Shown here: one piece after another, positions 35,296-48,399 of the stretch | Numbering within the stretch: position 1 is the first letter of the stretch | How the letters are laid out: each line of letters starts with the position of its first letter | The notes under the pieces: generated by a model | Database searches by the model: none | The model's input: only the letters and a program-made list of their open reading frames with translations | What the model was told of the DNA's origin: nothing | Assembly (NCBI RefSeq): GCF_964213995.1 | Contig: NW_027592264.1 | Span: 1-59,000 of the forward strand | From: Mustelus asterias | Taxonomy: Eukaryota | DNA: 59,000 bases | Direction: 5' to 3' | Made by a program: the position numbers and the translations under genes

Positions 35296-35780
35296 AATGA
35301 ACACAGGAATGGTCAGAATTATTTCACATGTCCCAAATTTTAAATAACCATTACAATTAAAATTCTCTCATACTCACATGTGTGAGTTTGAATCCGGATT
35401 AAAATTCCCACAAGTTTAGATCACAGACAGAAAACCTGAAAGCTTGAAGCGTTCAACCCACAAATATCATCCATACACAAACAGAGAAACTTAGCATGTG
35501 CTTTACAACAATAACTGAAATTAATTCCTTAAGCGTTCTTGTGGTTCTGTTTCTAAACTTCCAAAAATGCCTTTAATTAAAGACTCAAGATAAAGTTAAT
35601 TCACCAGAAAGATAAACCTTAACAAATGTAGCCCAAAACAATGATAAAACACATCTACAAATATCCACATAAAACAAACAAAACACACAGGTTCTCACAG
35701 CTCGTAAATTTCAAACAATGAATCCTCAGCATTCTCTCTCGCAGCTATAGCTTCGTAAAGCGACAGAGCACCACAAACGT

Positions 35781-36705
35781 TTCACAATATACGTTAATGA
35801 TTTGGAAGATGGAACTGAAGGCACTGTTGCTAAGTTTGCAGATGATACAAAGATATGTAGAGGGACAGGTAGTATTGAGGGAGCAGGGGGGCTGCAGAAG
35901 GACTTTGATGGGCTAGGAGAGTGGGCAAAGTGGCAGCTGGAATACAATGTGGAAAAGTGTGAGATTATGCACTTGGGTAGGAGGAATGGAGGTATAGACT
36001 ATTTTCTAAATAGGGAAATGCTTCGGAAATCAGAAGCACAAAGGGACTTGGGAGTCATTGTTCAAGATTCTCTTAAAGTTAACGTGCAGGTTTAGTTGGC
36101 AGTTTGGAAGGCAGATGCAATGTTAGCATTCATGTCAAGAGGGTTAGAATACAAGAGCAGCAATGTACTTCTGAGGCTGTATAAGGCTCTGGTCAGACCC
36201 CATTTGGAGTATTGTGAGCAGTTTTGAGCCTCACATCTAAGGAAGGGTATGCTGGTCTTGGAAAGGATCTGGAGGAGCTTCACAAGAATGATCTCTGGAA
36301 TGAAGAGCTTGTTGTCATATGAAGAATGGTTGAGGACTCCGGGCCTGCACTCATTGGAGTTTAGAAGGATGAGGGGAGATCTTATTGAAACTTAGTAGGA
36401 AAAAACTAGAACTAGAGGGCACAACCTCAGGCTAAAGGGATGATCCTTTAAAACAGAGATGAGGAGGAGTTTCTTCAGCCAGAGAGTGGTGAATCTTTGG
36501 AACTCTTTGCCGCAGAAGGCTGTGAAGGTCAGTTCATTGAGTGTCTGTAAGACAGAGATAGATAGGTTCTTGATTAATAAGGGGATCAGGGGTTATGGGG
36601 AAAAGGCAGGAGAATGGGGATGAGAAAAATATCAGCCATGATTGAATAGTGGAGAAGACTCGATGGGTCTGGTGGCCTATTTCTGCTCCTGTGTCTTATG
36701 GTCTA
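35781..36705 (+). mobile_element. CR1 LINE 3' part (degenerate)
   Basis: VAKFADDTKI..; tail CCTGTGTCTTATGGTCT. Confidence 0.85.
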
Positions 36706-37169
36706 AGCTCACAACTCCTTGATTAAAATAAGACACAAGATCCTTCATTCCCCTTCATTATAACTTAAACTTTTTTTTAGCCAACTTCCAAGGCCTGATT
36801 TTATCGGAAACATCAAGTCTTTGCTGATTTAAAATCCCAAACATGTTGCCAGCTGCAAAATCTTTGTTCCAGTGAAATGGAGGCAGTTTTCACTCAGAAA
36901 CCAGTAACGGTGAGATTAACAGCGCGGGATGGAGAAGGACTCAGTTTCAATGGTGAGACTGCTGGTGGAATGGCGAGCTGGAGTTCAGCCAGAAATGCAG
37001 CAAAGTTTAAAAACAATCGCGCTCAACATGGGGCTGGAACCCACGGTCCATTAACGGTGATAAATTCATGTTGTTCAGCAGAATTACCACAACGTGATTT
37101 AATCACAGGTTGATACTAACACTGCCCTTTGAACGCAGCGAGCTGCAGTAAAATTGAATGTAGTAGAAA

Positions 37170-37470
37170 GGAGGACACGTTGGGACAGTTGTTAGAACTG
37201 ATGCCTCACAGCGCCAGTGACTAAGGTTCAATTTCTCGGGTTACTGTATATGCGGAGTTTTCACGTTCTCCCCCTGTCTGCGTGGGTTTCCTCCTGGTGA
37301 TCCGCTTTCCTTTTCAAAGATGTGTGGGTTAGGTTGATTGTCGTGATGTGGAGATGCCGGCGTTGGACTGGGGTAAACACAGTAAGAAGTTTAACGACAC
37401 CAGGTTAAAGTCCAACAGGTTTATTTGGTAGCAAAAGCCACAAGATTTCCGAGCCTTAAGCTCCTTCTTC
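37170..37470. mobile_element. Degenerate SINE (plus) truncated by Penelope terminal repeat (minus, 37346-37470) with decayed hammerhead
   Basis: SINE ends AAAGATGTGTGGGTTAGGTTGATT, then GATGTGGAGATGCCGGCGTTGG.. Confidence 0.75.
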
Positions 37471-39312
37471 TCTCTCCCTGCCTCTCTGTCTCCATCTGTT
37501 TCTGCTCGAGAAGAGACAGGGAGAGAGAGAACAGGGAGAGAGAGAGACGGGGAGAGACAGAGATAAAGCGAGAGAGACAGATATTTGATAATTAATTGTG
37601 TATGGTCGCATTATTGAGTGTGGTTTAATTTGGTGATTTTTTTAATACAGAGAGGCAGAGAGAGAGAGGTGAAGACAGTGACATTCTCTCCCTGGCACCC
37701 TCGCAAGTTCAAAGACACAAAAGCTGCAGACACTCACACACACAAACTGGGTTTGGTAAGTTTCCCAATCTCTGCAGCTTCCCACGTGGCCCAGGGTTTG
37801 AATTGAAATTTAAAAGCAGCTTGGAGACACTGCAGGATTTTTGAGTTGAGTTTCTCCCCCCCTCACCCTGTAAATATAAAATAGAAATTCCTGGATTAAA
37901 ATATTCCCTTGGACAGAGCAGAGGTGTGTGAGTGGTGTGTGTGTGTGTCTGAGACCTAGGCTGGATTTGGGAATATCTGCCTGCTGAAGAGGGTCAGTGA
38001 AACCATCCTGGCTGAATATCTCATCGCTAAAGAGTCACAGAGAGAGATATCTGATAAATAAATGTGTTACTGAACCCACTCTGGATGCTCCCTCTATCTC
38101 TGTCTTTCTCACTAACTTCATTGCAGTGTTAATGTAAGCCTTACTTGTGACACTAATATATAAACTTCAAAACTTTCAACTTTAAAAACTCTGTCTGTGT
38201 GTCTCTGTCTCAATTCAGACACTAGTTCAGTGCCAGGTTGAGAGGGGGTCAGTATTGAGCAGAATGGGAGGCAGTTTGATACAAAGTTTGCAGAAACTGC
38301 AGCGAGTGTTTGTAAACATGTTGGGGTTGTGGAAAGGTCAGTGTGTAACAAGCTGAGGGAAGGTGTTTCCACTTCACATGTGGCTACTTTTTGGCAATGG
38401 GAGTTACCTTTGCATCTACAGGGAGCTCTGAAGCCTCATGGCTTTCTGCCTGCCTCTGTTTGAACAGTTTAATATGTTTCAGCACTGAGACCTCTGGCCC
38501 TTGTTGGGAATATCAGTCTCCCAGAATACCAGTATACCTGACTGCCCACCTCCCCGCCCGCCACCCCCAGCCCCCAACCCTGTGTGTGTGTTGTCCCAAG
38601 TCTGGAGACTTCCCCACAGTCCCCTGAAAGGTTTAAACTGCCTCTGAGAAAACACCCTTTTAAAAACAAAATCCCCAGCAAGATCCCACAAGGTGCAGTC
38701 AGCTGTGTTGAGTGTTTTGTAATTTGGAAAAAGTTTATACAGAGAGAAAGAGAGAGGCAGAGAGGGGCTGAGACAGTGAAATCAAACCCCCCGGGACACC
38801 CAGAATGAAAATTACACAGCACAAAATCCCAGGATTGCCCCTTTCCAGGTTTTACTGAGAGATTGTCCAACTAAATATTAATTCCTGGGAAAAAGAGGGA
38901 GAGAGAGAATAAAGAGAGGTAGATAGAGGAAGGAAATGGAGAGAAAAGCAGAGAGAAATAGACAGAATGGGGGAAAAGCTGTGGAGAGGATGAAATGAAA
39001 ATCTGAACATCTGTAAACTGAATTGTAAAGGGCTCTGTGAATTTTATTCAACAATTAGGTTCATTGCTCTGTCTCCGACCCCTGTTATTTTAGATTTAAA
39101 GCAAACTTATAGACAGTTTCATACATAATTTACTCTGCCACCCACCAAAGGGTTAACCTGTTTGTGACTAATTGCAAAGCCGGGATATTTTAACCCCAGG
39201 GTTTCAAACTCCAGCCCCCCACACATCCCACAATCGAACCAGAACTGGTTCATTCGAGGAAGCGAGATTAAAATTAAACCTGGATCAGGGTAATAAAGAG
39301 ACGACAACTCAC

Positions 39313-39414
39313 ATGCGGCCTATAGAACAGGCTTCAGTCCATCCATCCTCCTCTGGAGAAAAGCCCCTTGTCCAAGGATTCTGAGTCCCGTTGCAGTCTT
39401 CAAAATTCAAATTC
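39313..39414 (-). other. Candidate 102-nt symmetric exon (copy 1)
   Basis: Polypyrimidine CCCCAG| ... |GTGAGT; only one open frame: NLNFEDCNGTQNPWTRGFSPEEDGWTEACSIGR. Confidence 0.45.
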
Positions 39415-40238
39415 CTGGGGAGAAGAGAGAGAGAAAATAATTAATTAAAATACAAGAAAATGTGTAAATTAAATAGCACAAGAGGCCAGGATTCCCCCTT
39501 CTCAGTTACACAATCTCTCAGTAAAATCTAAATATTAATTCTTGGGGAAAAGGGAGAGAAAATAATTAAAGTACCAGAAAATATTTAAATTAAATAGCGC
39601 AAGAGCCCAGGATTCCCCTTCTCAGATTTTACTGAGAGATTGTCTAACTAGATATGAATTCTTGGGGAAAAGAGAGAGAAAATTAATTAAATACAAGAAA
39701 CCATTTAAATTAAATCTCACCGAAACGCAGGATTCCCCCTTCTCAGTTACACAATCTCTCAGAAACATCAGAATGGCATGAACAGAGAGAGAGAAATCTA
39801 CGAACAGAATCTCCTAAAACTGAATTCAAATATCCACAACCCCCCAGTCCATCCCTGTCTCCCTCTCAGACTCCAGGAGCTGCTCATCTCCCTCTTTCAG
39901 TTTGGGAAGGGGCTGCTGATTCCTTCGGGACACTTTTTAAAATCGCCCTCCCAGGATTGATTTCTACAACTCCCTCCATCTCCCTTTCACTATCTCCCTC
40001 TCTTTTCTCCCTCTGCTCCTGTCTCTCTTACTCAGTGTAAAGATGGATGTTCCTGTCTAGATCCTTGTCCCTGTCCCCTCTCTTTCTCACGCGTTGTCTC
40101 TGTCCATAGCTGTTTCTTTCCCTCTCTCTCATGTACTCTGCATTGAAATGAGCGATGCCATATTCCTGTCTCCCTGTTTACAATAACACAGTTTTTGTTG
40201 ATTAAAGGTTTAAAGAGACACAAAGGAAGATGGAGCCA

Positions 40239-40395
40239 GAGAGAGAGAGAGACATTCTGGAGAGTGATGGACAGATATGGAAGAATGCTCGAGAGAGAGA
40301 GAGACATTCTGGAGAGTGATGGACAGATATGGAAGAACGCTCGAGAGAGAGAGACATTCTGGTGAGTGATGGACAGATATGGAAGAATGCTCGAG
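40239..40395. repeat. ~48-bp tandem repeat x3 with (GA)n
   Basis: (GA)nCATTCTGGAGAGTGATGGACAGATATGGAAGAATGCTC. Confidence 0.85.
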
Positions 40396-40853
40396 AGGGA
40401 GAGATGATTGGAAAGAAACAGGAAGGGAGAGAAAGCTGAAGATAGGGGAAAAATACTGGAGAGAGAGAGACAGAGAGAAAAGCAGAGAGAAATAGAATGG
40501 GGAAGAAAGCTGTAGAGGGGAAGATAAATGTAAAGGCTGAACTTCAGAAAATTGAATTGTAATGTCCTCTGTGAATCTTATTTAACATTCGGGTAAATCA
40601 CTCTCTCCCACCCCTGTTATTTTGGATTTGCATCAAACTTTTAGACAGCTTCATATTACAGATATTTAATTTACTCTTTGCCACCCAGCAAAGGGTTAAC
40701 CTGTTTGTGACTCATTGCAAAGCCGGGATATTTTAACCCCAGGGTTTTAAACTCCACCCCACCCCATCCCACAATCGAACCAGAACTGGTTCGTCCAAGA
40801 AAGCGAGATTAAAATTAAACCTGGATCAGGATAATAAAGAGACAACAACTCAC

Positions 40854-40955
40854 TTGCAGCCTATAGAACAGGCCTCAGTCCATCCATCCTCCTCTGGAGA
40901 AAAGCCCCTTGTCCAAGGATTTCGAGTCACATTGCAGTCTTCAAAATTCAAATCC
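40854..40955 (-). other. Candidate 102-nt symmetric exon (copy 2)
   Basis: CCCCAG| ... |GTGAGT; DLNFEDCNVTRNPWTRGFSPEEDGWTEACSIGC. Confidence 0.45.
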
Positions 40956-42582
40956 CTGGGGAACAGAGAAAATAATTAATTAAAATACAAGAAAATGTTT
41001 AAATTAAGTAGCACAAGAGCCCAGGATTCCTCCTTCTAAGATTTCACTGAGAGATTGTCCAACTAAATATTAATTCCTTGGGAAGAGATTGAATATAATT
41101 AATTTAAATACAAGAAAATGTTTAAATTTAATACACAAGAGCCCAGGATTCCCCTTTCTCAGTTACACAATCTCTCAGTAAAATCTATATATTAGTTCTT
41201 GGCTAAAAGAGAGAGAAATATATTAAAATACCAGAAAATATTTAAATTAAATAGCACAAGAGCCCCAGGATTCCCCCTTCTCAGATTTTACTGAGAGATT
41301 GTCCAACAAAATATTTCCTGGGAAAAAGAGGGAGAGAGAGAGGGAATAAAAAAAAGAGACAGATAGAGGAAGGAAAGGGATGGAGAGAGAGAAAGCAGAG
41401 AGGAAATAGACAGAATGGGGGAAAAGCTGCAGAGAGGACGAAATGAAATTCTGAACTTCTGAAAACTGAATTGTAAAGGCCTCTGTGAATTTTATTCAAC
41501 AATTAGGAGCAGCGGTCTGTCACCCATCCCTGTTACCTTGGATTTAAAACAAATTGAGACAGTTTCATATTACAGACATTAAATTTACTCTTTGCCACCC
41601 ACCTAAGGGTTAATGTGTTTGTAACTAATTGCAAAGCCGGGATATTTTAACCCCAGGGTTTCAAACTCCAGCCCCCCCATCCCACAATCGAACCAGGACT
41701 GGTTCATCCGAGGAAGCAAGATTAAAATTAAACCTGGATCAGGGTAATAAAGAGACGACAACTCACATGCGGCCTATAGAACAGGCCTCAGTCCATCCTA
41801 AAGTGTGGTGACCAGAACTAGGCTCAGTATTCTGTTGTGGCCTCACCAGAGCTTTAGAAACTATCAGAATAACTTCCCTGCTTTTGTTCTCAATTCCCCG
41901 ATTTCTGAAACCCAAGATCCAAAATGCTCCAAACAAGAATATCAGACCTTTTTGCTTAACATAAAAAGCATTTTAACAACATTCTTAAAGTGGCTAAAGA
42001 AGATTTTGTCCAATGAAGGAACAGAAAGAAGCCATTTTGAACTTGCTCTCTCCAAAAGAGAATCCAGAATGTTTGATTCTGGGAAATGAAATTAAAAATG
42101 AAGCTGCAGCTACAACAGAGCAAGAAGAAGTCATTTCAATGTGGAATTGACTGGAATATTCTCTCTGGATTTAAACAATGGAGGAACTACAAACATGGAA
42201 GAAAATAAATTTCAAAACGTGAACTCTGAACAGACTGTTTTCAGAATTGAAAATCCACAACTGAACAGCAATGAGGACTGTCCTCTTGCAGAAGAAACTA
42301 TAATTATTAAAAATTACTATAATTATTGAAAGAAGAAAACTTTCAGAAAACACTGAAACCAATAATATTTTCCATCTTCAGTGGACTGAATTCCTGGACA
42401 TGGAACCCAGCAGTGTGCTGTTACCAAGCTGGACTTGTGAATGTGAAGTGGACAATGGAGGGATTATTATGTCTATTGCAGGTTATAAGATAGATCAACA
42501 GAGGAAAACAGTGGACTTAGGAACAGGAGTTGGCCATTTGGCCCTTCGAGCCTGCTCCGCCATTCAATAAGATCATGGCTGT

Positions 42583-44324
42583 TGTTAAGATATACAGTAT
42601 GTTTTACATTGTAATATTCTAATTGGGATATTATAGAGTGATACATTTCCATTTCTTCCAGGGAATATGTTGTGAAGATCTAGTTTAATAATTCATGTGT
42701 TTCAGAAATATTAATTTCGGATTTTTAAAAAAATGTAACAACTGGAAAACCTGGGTTGAGAATCTGATAAAAACACCCTGAGGGAATTTGCAGTCACAAG
42801 GTGTGGCCCATGTTGGTTTGAGAAGTCAAAGCGAGAAGGGTAAGAACAAGTGTAACACGGCAGCTGGGCTCTTTTAGCTGGAGACATTGGGTCTGACAAT
42901 TTTTTTCCTGTCTTTGTTCGAGAGGGGAATTCACGCAGACCTCAAGAAAAAAGGTTTGGTTCTGAAACTAAAAGCTAATTAATTTAAACATCTTTTGGAC
43001 AGCTGTGGGAGTGGGAGCTGTGAACCAGCTGTGGGACCAGGAGCTGTGAACCAGCTGTGGGACCGGGAGCTGTGAACCAGCTGTGGGAGTGGGAGCTGTG
43101 AACCAGCTGTGGGAGTGGGAGCTGTGAACCAGCTGTGGGAGTGGGAGCTGTGAACCAGCCGTGGGACCAGGAGCTGTGAACCAGCTGTGGAACCGAGAGC
43201 TGTGAACCAGCTGTGGGAGTGGGAGCTGTGAACCAGCTGTGGGACCGGGAGCTGTGAACCAGCTGTGGGACCAGGAGCTGTGAACCAGCTGTGGGAGCGG
43301 GAGCTGTGAACCAGCTGTGGGAGCGGGAGCTGTGAACCAGCTGTGGGAGTGGGAGCTGTGAACCAGCTGTGGGAGTGGGAGCTGTGAACCAGCTGTGGGA
43401 GTGGGAGCTGTGAACCAGCTGTGGGACCAGGAGCTGTGAACCAGCTGTGGAACCGAGAGCTGTGAACCAGCTGTGGGAGTGGGAGCTGTGAACCAGCTGT
43501 GGGACCGGGAGCTGTGAACCAGCTGTGGGACCAGGAGCTGTGAACCAGCTGTGGGAGCGGGAGCTGTGAACCAGCTGTGGGAGCGGGAGCTGTGAACCAG
43601 CTGTGGGAGCGGGAGCTGTGAACCAGCTGTGGGAGCGGGAGCTGTGAACCAGCTGTGGGAGCGGGAGCTGTGAACCAGCTGTGGGAGCGGGAGCTGTGAA
43701 CCAGCTGTGGGAGCGGGAGCTGTGAACCAGCTGTGAGACCAGAAGCCGAGGAGGTCATTAGGAACCATGGGTGTTCCCAATGTTTAAATCCCCCAGCAAG
43801 AAGGCAGTGAAGCCCATGCTTGGATTGAGGAGTCCATGTTTTGAGTCAATTTTGAAATCTCAAAGGAAAGTTGGAGAGTTGTTTAGCCGAAAGCTAATAG
43901 AAGGATCCTCATGAAATCTTGGAGCCTGGAGAATAGCTGGAATACTGAGGAGAATTAAAGTGAATTCTGGGAGCTTTGACATACCTTTGGGATTTGTCCC
44001 AGGAACAGAAGTGAATGTACATTCAAGATATTAAGTATAAGGGCATTCTTGTCGAGGAGTAAGGGTTTAAAAAGTACAAAAAAGGAAAAATGCTGCAAAA
44101 CCTCAGCAGGTCTGGCAGCATCTGTAGAGAGTGAAAACAGAGTTCATGTTTTGAGTCAGAACTGAGTTTACAGAATAAATCTTTACAAAATATAATTCAT
44201 CGAGCTGGTTTTTAATATTCTGTTTATATTCAGTAAAGTTTGATTTTGTTTAAAAACCTGGAATCTTGTGATGGGTGTTTGGATTTCTCACTGAACGTTA
44301 ATGTTCTTGACCCGAATTATAACA
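42583..44324 (+). mobile_element. Possible solo LTR-like element containing the 26-bp minisatellite
   Basis: Begins TGTTA and ends TAACA, interrupts a CR1 tail; no TSD found. Confidence 0.3.
43001..43735. repeat. 26-bp minisatellite (~28 units) with 260-bp higher-order repeat
   Basis: AGCTGTGGGAG(C/T)GGGAGCTGTGAACC; rare variant AACCGAG at 43191 and 43451. Confidence 0.95.
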
Positions 44325-44399
44325 CACAATATTTCAAAACAATTTGAAAAATAAAAACATGGTCTTTATTTTGTACAAAGTATTACATTATAAAACACC

Positions 44400-45060
44400 C
44401 CTCATCGAGGATCTGCAATAATTTCTTAGCTCGATCACCAGTGAAACAATCAGATAAATGAATAAAAATTGTACTAATTGTCGTCCCTTCTAAATCAGGA
44501 GGGTTATCCCCAGCACAGAGGGTCATTTGGAATTTTTCCCGCAGACCAATTAACAGGGATTATACTCTCCAACCATCTCTGAAGTGAATTCTTTACATGA
44601 ATCGTCCAGGCCAGTGCAGTTATCAACTTGCAGTTTGGCTGATCAGCTGAGATTTTCTGCAGCATTTCATCGATCACCGAGTGATTCCTTTCACAGAGTC
44701 CATCACTGAAAGGACTTTCAGCTGCCGTGTTCCTGACCAGAATGTTGATGTTTTCACACACGTCTCAAAACTCATCATTCAGAAACTGAGCTGGTGCCAC
44801 AGCTCCAGCCCCAAGGGCCAAGGGACGGTTCACTGTTGGGATGTGATGGCATCCTCCAATAATTTTTATACATTGTACACTTTGTCTCTTGTATGAGTCT
44901 CAGATACTCTTCATCAACTGCTCCTGCATCTTGAAGCAGGATTTTTAATCTTTGGCAAGTAGTGTGAACAAATTGTGTAGTTTTAAGATAATTTGCATCT
45001 TCCCCTTCTGATTTTTATCAAAGCTTTCATTATTCCTTCTCAAACATTCAGATTGGAAAC
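44400..45060 (-). mobile_element. LTR-retrotransposon integrase remnant (Copia-like)
   Basis: TAAESPFSDGLCERNHSVID (rve core E motif); upstream decayed KLH..H..C..C zinc-binding segment. Confidence 0.65.
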
Positions 45061-45352
45061 GTCAGGTATTTTTAAACATTCTCTGTCACCACGTTATAAT
45101 CCTGACCGCTTTCTGGTGAAGGAGGAAACTGGTTCCAATCTTTACTTGGTATAGATTTATTCACAGAGTGAAACATTGCAGGTATATAACTCCTAATACC
45201 ATTCCATGCTCTGTCAGTAAGTGTCTATATGTGCTCATGTAAACATCTAATCAATGTCCACTGCTTGTATATATTTAACCCCAAATTATACAATTAACAC
45301 CCACAGTCAGAGTATTTAAAAGGTCTCTAATCGGTGTGACTGCCATAATGTC

Positions 45353-46462
45353 TCAGCAGGTTGGATGACTCAGTGAATCCTTTCCTACACTCCGAGCAGG
45401 TGAACAGCCTCTCTCCTCCGTGTGAACTTGCTTGTGTTTCCGCAGGCTGGAAGGATCAGCAAATCCCTTCCCACATTCAGAGCAGGTGAAAGGCTTCTCC
45501 CCAGTGTGAACTCGACGGTGTGCGCGCAGACTGGATGACTCAGTGAATCCTTTCCCACACACACAGCAGGTGAATGGCCTCTCCCCGGTGTGAACTCGCC
45601 GGTGTTTCCAGAGGCTGGAGGAATCAGTGAATCCCTTCCCACACTCAGTGCAACTGAATGGTCTCTCTCCAGAGTGAATTCGCTGGTGTGTCAGCAGACT
45701 AGTGGACCTAGTAAATCCCTTCCCACACACAGAGCAGGGAAACGGCCTCTCTCCAGTGTGAACTGCCCGGTGTCGCAGCAAGGTTGATAACTGAGTGAAT
45801 CCCTTCCCACACACGGAGCAGGTGAATGACCTCTCCCCAGTGTGAACTGCCTGGTGGTTCTGTAGGGTAAATGATGCACTGAATCCTTTCCCACACACGG
45901 TGCAGGTGAACGGCCTCTCCCCGGTGTGGACTCGCTGATGTATCAGCAGGTGAGATGACCGAGTGAATCCCTTCCCACAGTCAGAGCAGGTGTACGGCCT
46001 CTGCCCGGTGTGTATTCGCTGGTGTCTCCGCAGGTTGGATGAAAGAGTGAATCCCTTCCCACACACTGAGCAAGCAAATGACCTCTCCCCAGTGTGAACT
46101 CGCTTGTGTCTCCGGAGGCTGGATGAATCCCCGAACCTCTTCCCACACTCAATGCAGGTGAAAGGCCTCTCCCCCGTGTGAATGCGTCCGTGTGTCAGAA
46201 GACGGGATGAATCAGTGAAACCCTTCCCACATTCAGAGCAGGTGAATGGCCTCTCCCCAGTGTGAATTTTCTGATGTGTCACCAGGTTGGATAACTGAGA
46301 GAACCCTTTCCCACAATCAGGGCAGGTGAATGGCTTCTCCCCAGTGTGACTGCGTCGATGAATCTCCAGCTCACACGGTGCTTTGAATCTTTTTCCACAG
46401 TCCCCACATTTCCACTGTTTCTCCCTGATGCGGGAGGCCTTCTGTCCCTCCAGGTTTGACAA
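45353..46462 (-). CDS. C2H2 zinc-finger ORF, 12 intact fingers, 13th frameshifted, no AUG (ZNF gene 5; possibly pseudogene)
   Basis: 369-codon ORF starting TTG with no internal Met; paralogous ATG is AGG; acceptor TTTCACAG at 46762-46760. Confidence 0.7.
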   Translation of the reverse strand: MSNLEGQKASRIREKQWKCGDCGKRFKAPCELEIHRRSHTGEKPFTCPDCGKGFSQLSNLVTHQKIHTGERPFTCSECGKGFTDSSRLLTHGRIHTGERPFTCIECGKRFGDSSSLRRHKRVHTGERSFACSVCGKGFTLSSNLRRHQRIHTGQRPYTCSDCGKGFTRSSHLLIHQRVHTGERPFTCTVCGKGFSASFTLQNHQAVHTGERSFTCSVCGKGFTQLSTLLRHRAVHTGERPFPCSVCGKGFTRSTSLLTHQRIHSGERPFSCTECGKGFTDSSSLWKHRRVHTGERPFTCCVCGKGFTESSSLRAHRRVHTGEKPFTCSECGKGFADPSSLRKHKQVHTEERGCSPARSVGKDSLSHPTC

Positions 46463-47696
46463 TCAGTTGAAGCCTCGTCCTCACCGAGAACAGATGTACA
46501 CTCCCTCTCAATGTAAATGGGGCAATGCTTTTCAGGCTGTGTAACCTGAACACACACTCAGGTTTGTACTTCTCAGTGCTTTTCCAGTCACACTAATGTT
46601 CAATCTTTTTCCACAGAAAAAAAACCAAACAATAAACAATTCTTCTCGAGTCAAAGGCCAATGATATTCACGTTGTGATTAATCGAGTGACTCTGTCAGA
46701 TCTGAACGTAATGTTTTGTTTTGATATTTCTGTCCTGCAAATCCTCCCCTTCTAATATCCTGTGAAAGAAGTTTTCAAAAGTCAACACCATGCACATAGA
46801 AAATAAATTCAGAATGGACAATTCTCGATTCATTTAAACTATTTTCTATTCTTTTATTCCTGAAAAGTTGTAAATTTCTGTCCCACACATTCTGCACCGA
46901 ATCTTCACCCTCCCGATTCTGCTGAAGCTGCTGGTTCACACTCCAGGGCACAAAGACCTGAAAATCTTCAGGCAAGCTGTTCACCTATATATCCCTTATA
47001 TTCATATAGAACTGGACTATAATTTGTGTAAAAGTGCTATATTACGTTATTAGAGAGAGGTCGGGAATATGTGTAGAAAGTTTGTTTGGACTTCAAGTGG
47101 TCATAAACTGGAATTCACCCCACATGCGGATGGTGGAAGCAGAGAGAACCCATGATTTCAAATGATGTTGGTCATTCAAAAGAAATAAACCTGTAGGACA
47201 GTGATACAGAGGGGGAATGGGACCCACTGGTTGTTCTATGGAGAGTTGACATGGACTCGAGTTGCCAAATGGACTCTTTTTGTGCTGCAATGTCTCACTG
47301 ACTGGAAATATATAACACAACTATATTACTATATTCCAAGAATAGAAATAAAAAATAAATGTACTTTACTGCAGCACCAAAAATAATACATCTAACATGT
47401 ACAATAACAAAACTAGAAATACCTCTGTTATGATCTCCATAGAGACTGATAATCTTCAAATAAACAATTTCCCAGACAATCCCAATGGAATAAACCAAAG
47501 AATAAGGTTTCATTCATTTCATACTTTTACTGCAATAATCAAACTAAAATCAACATAAATGAAGCATGCATTCACAGACAATGGTACTTGAGCAGACAGG
47601 ATAAATTTGACTTTAAATAGTTCAGACAATAACAACAGGTTCCACAAAATCACAAAGATTTACAAATGTTTACAAATATTTACAAGCATCACAAAC

Positions 47697-48066
47697 CAGC
47701 CTCCCATCCATTGACTCTGATTACACTGCTCGCTGCCTTGGCAAAGCAGCCAGCATAATTAAGAACCCCACGCACCCCGGACATTCTCTCTTCCACCTTC
47801 TTCCATAGGGAAAAAGATACAAAAGTCTGAGGTCACGTACCAACCGACACAAGAACAGCTTTGTCCCTGCTGCTGTCAGACTTCTGAATGGACCTACCTT
47901 GCATGAAGTTGATCTTTCTCTGCACCCTAGCTATAACTGTAACACTACATTCTGCACTCTCTTGTTTCCTTCTCTATGAACGGTATGCTTTGTCTGGATA
48001 ATGTGCAAGAAACAATACTTTTCACTATGTTAATACATGTGACAATAATAAATAAAATAAAATAAA
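47697..48066 (+). mobile_element. Rex1/Babar-like LINE 3' end
   Basis: IIKNPTHPGHSLFHLL..KRYKSLRSRTNR motif; (TAAAA)n tail; similar tails at 49955-50060 and 56100-56275 (minus). Confidence 0.7.
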
Positions 48067-48399
48067 ACATTTCCCCCCTCCACATATTTGGCTCTAATTC
48101 CAGTTACAGAGTCCCAAAACTCTCTAAATTTCCCAGGTATAGGTTCAGCTCCTTTCCCTTTACAGGAGGTTGGACTGGACTCTTTCCCTACAGCCCATTT
48201 CCACAGGCAGCTCCAGGAGTCACAGCCTCTGGATCTCTCACTGGTCGATTCTCCCAATCAGCCTTTTTGTTCTGCTTTTTCCAGCTGCTCAGACTCCCTC
48301 CCCATCTCCCACTCACAGCTTCACTGTTCACTGAACTCTTCCCTTCCCTCCTGAACACCTCTCACACCCTGCCTGTTCTTTATCTGCAACACAAACTGT

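Larger units (their letters stand above)
38825..41799. repeat. Local tandem segmental duplication, ~3 copies, with AT-rich subrepeats
   Basis: Block GCAAAGCCGGGATATTTTAACCCCAGGG..ACAATCGAACCAG..CTATAGAACAGGC recurs at ~39174, ~40717, ~41631. Confidence 0.9.

Noticed and set aside
42968-43780. 259-270-aa repetitive ORFs
   Set aside because: Translations of a stop-free 26-bp minisatellite; the unit is not a multiple of 3
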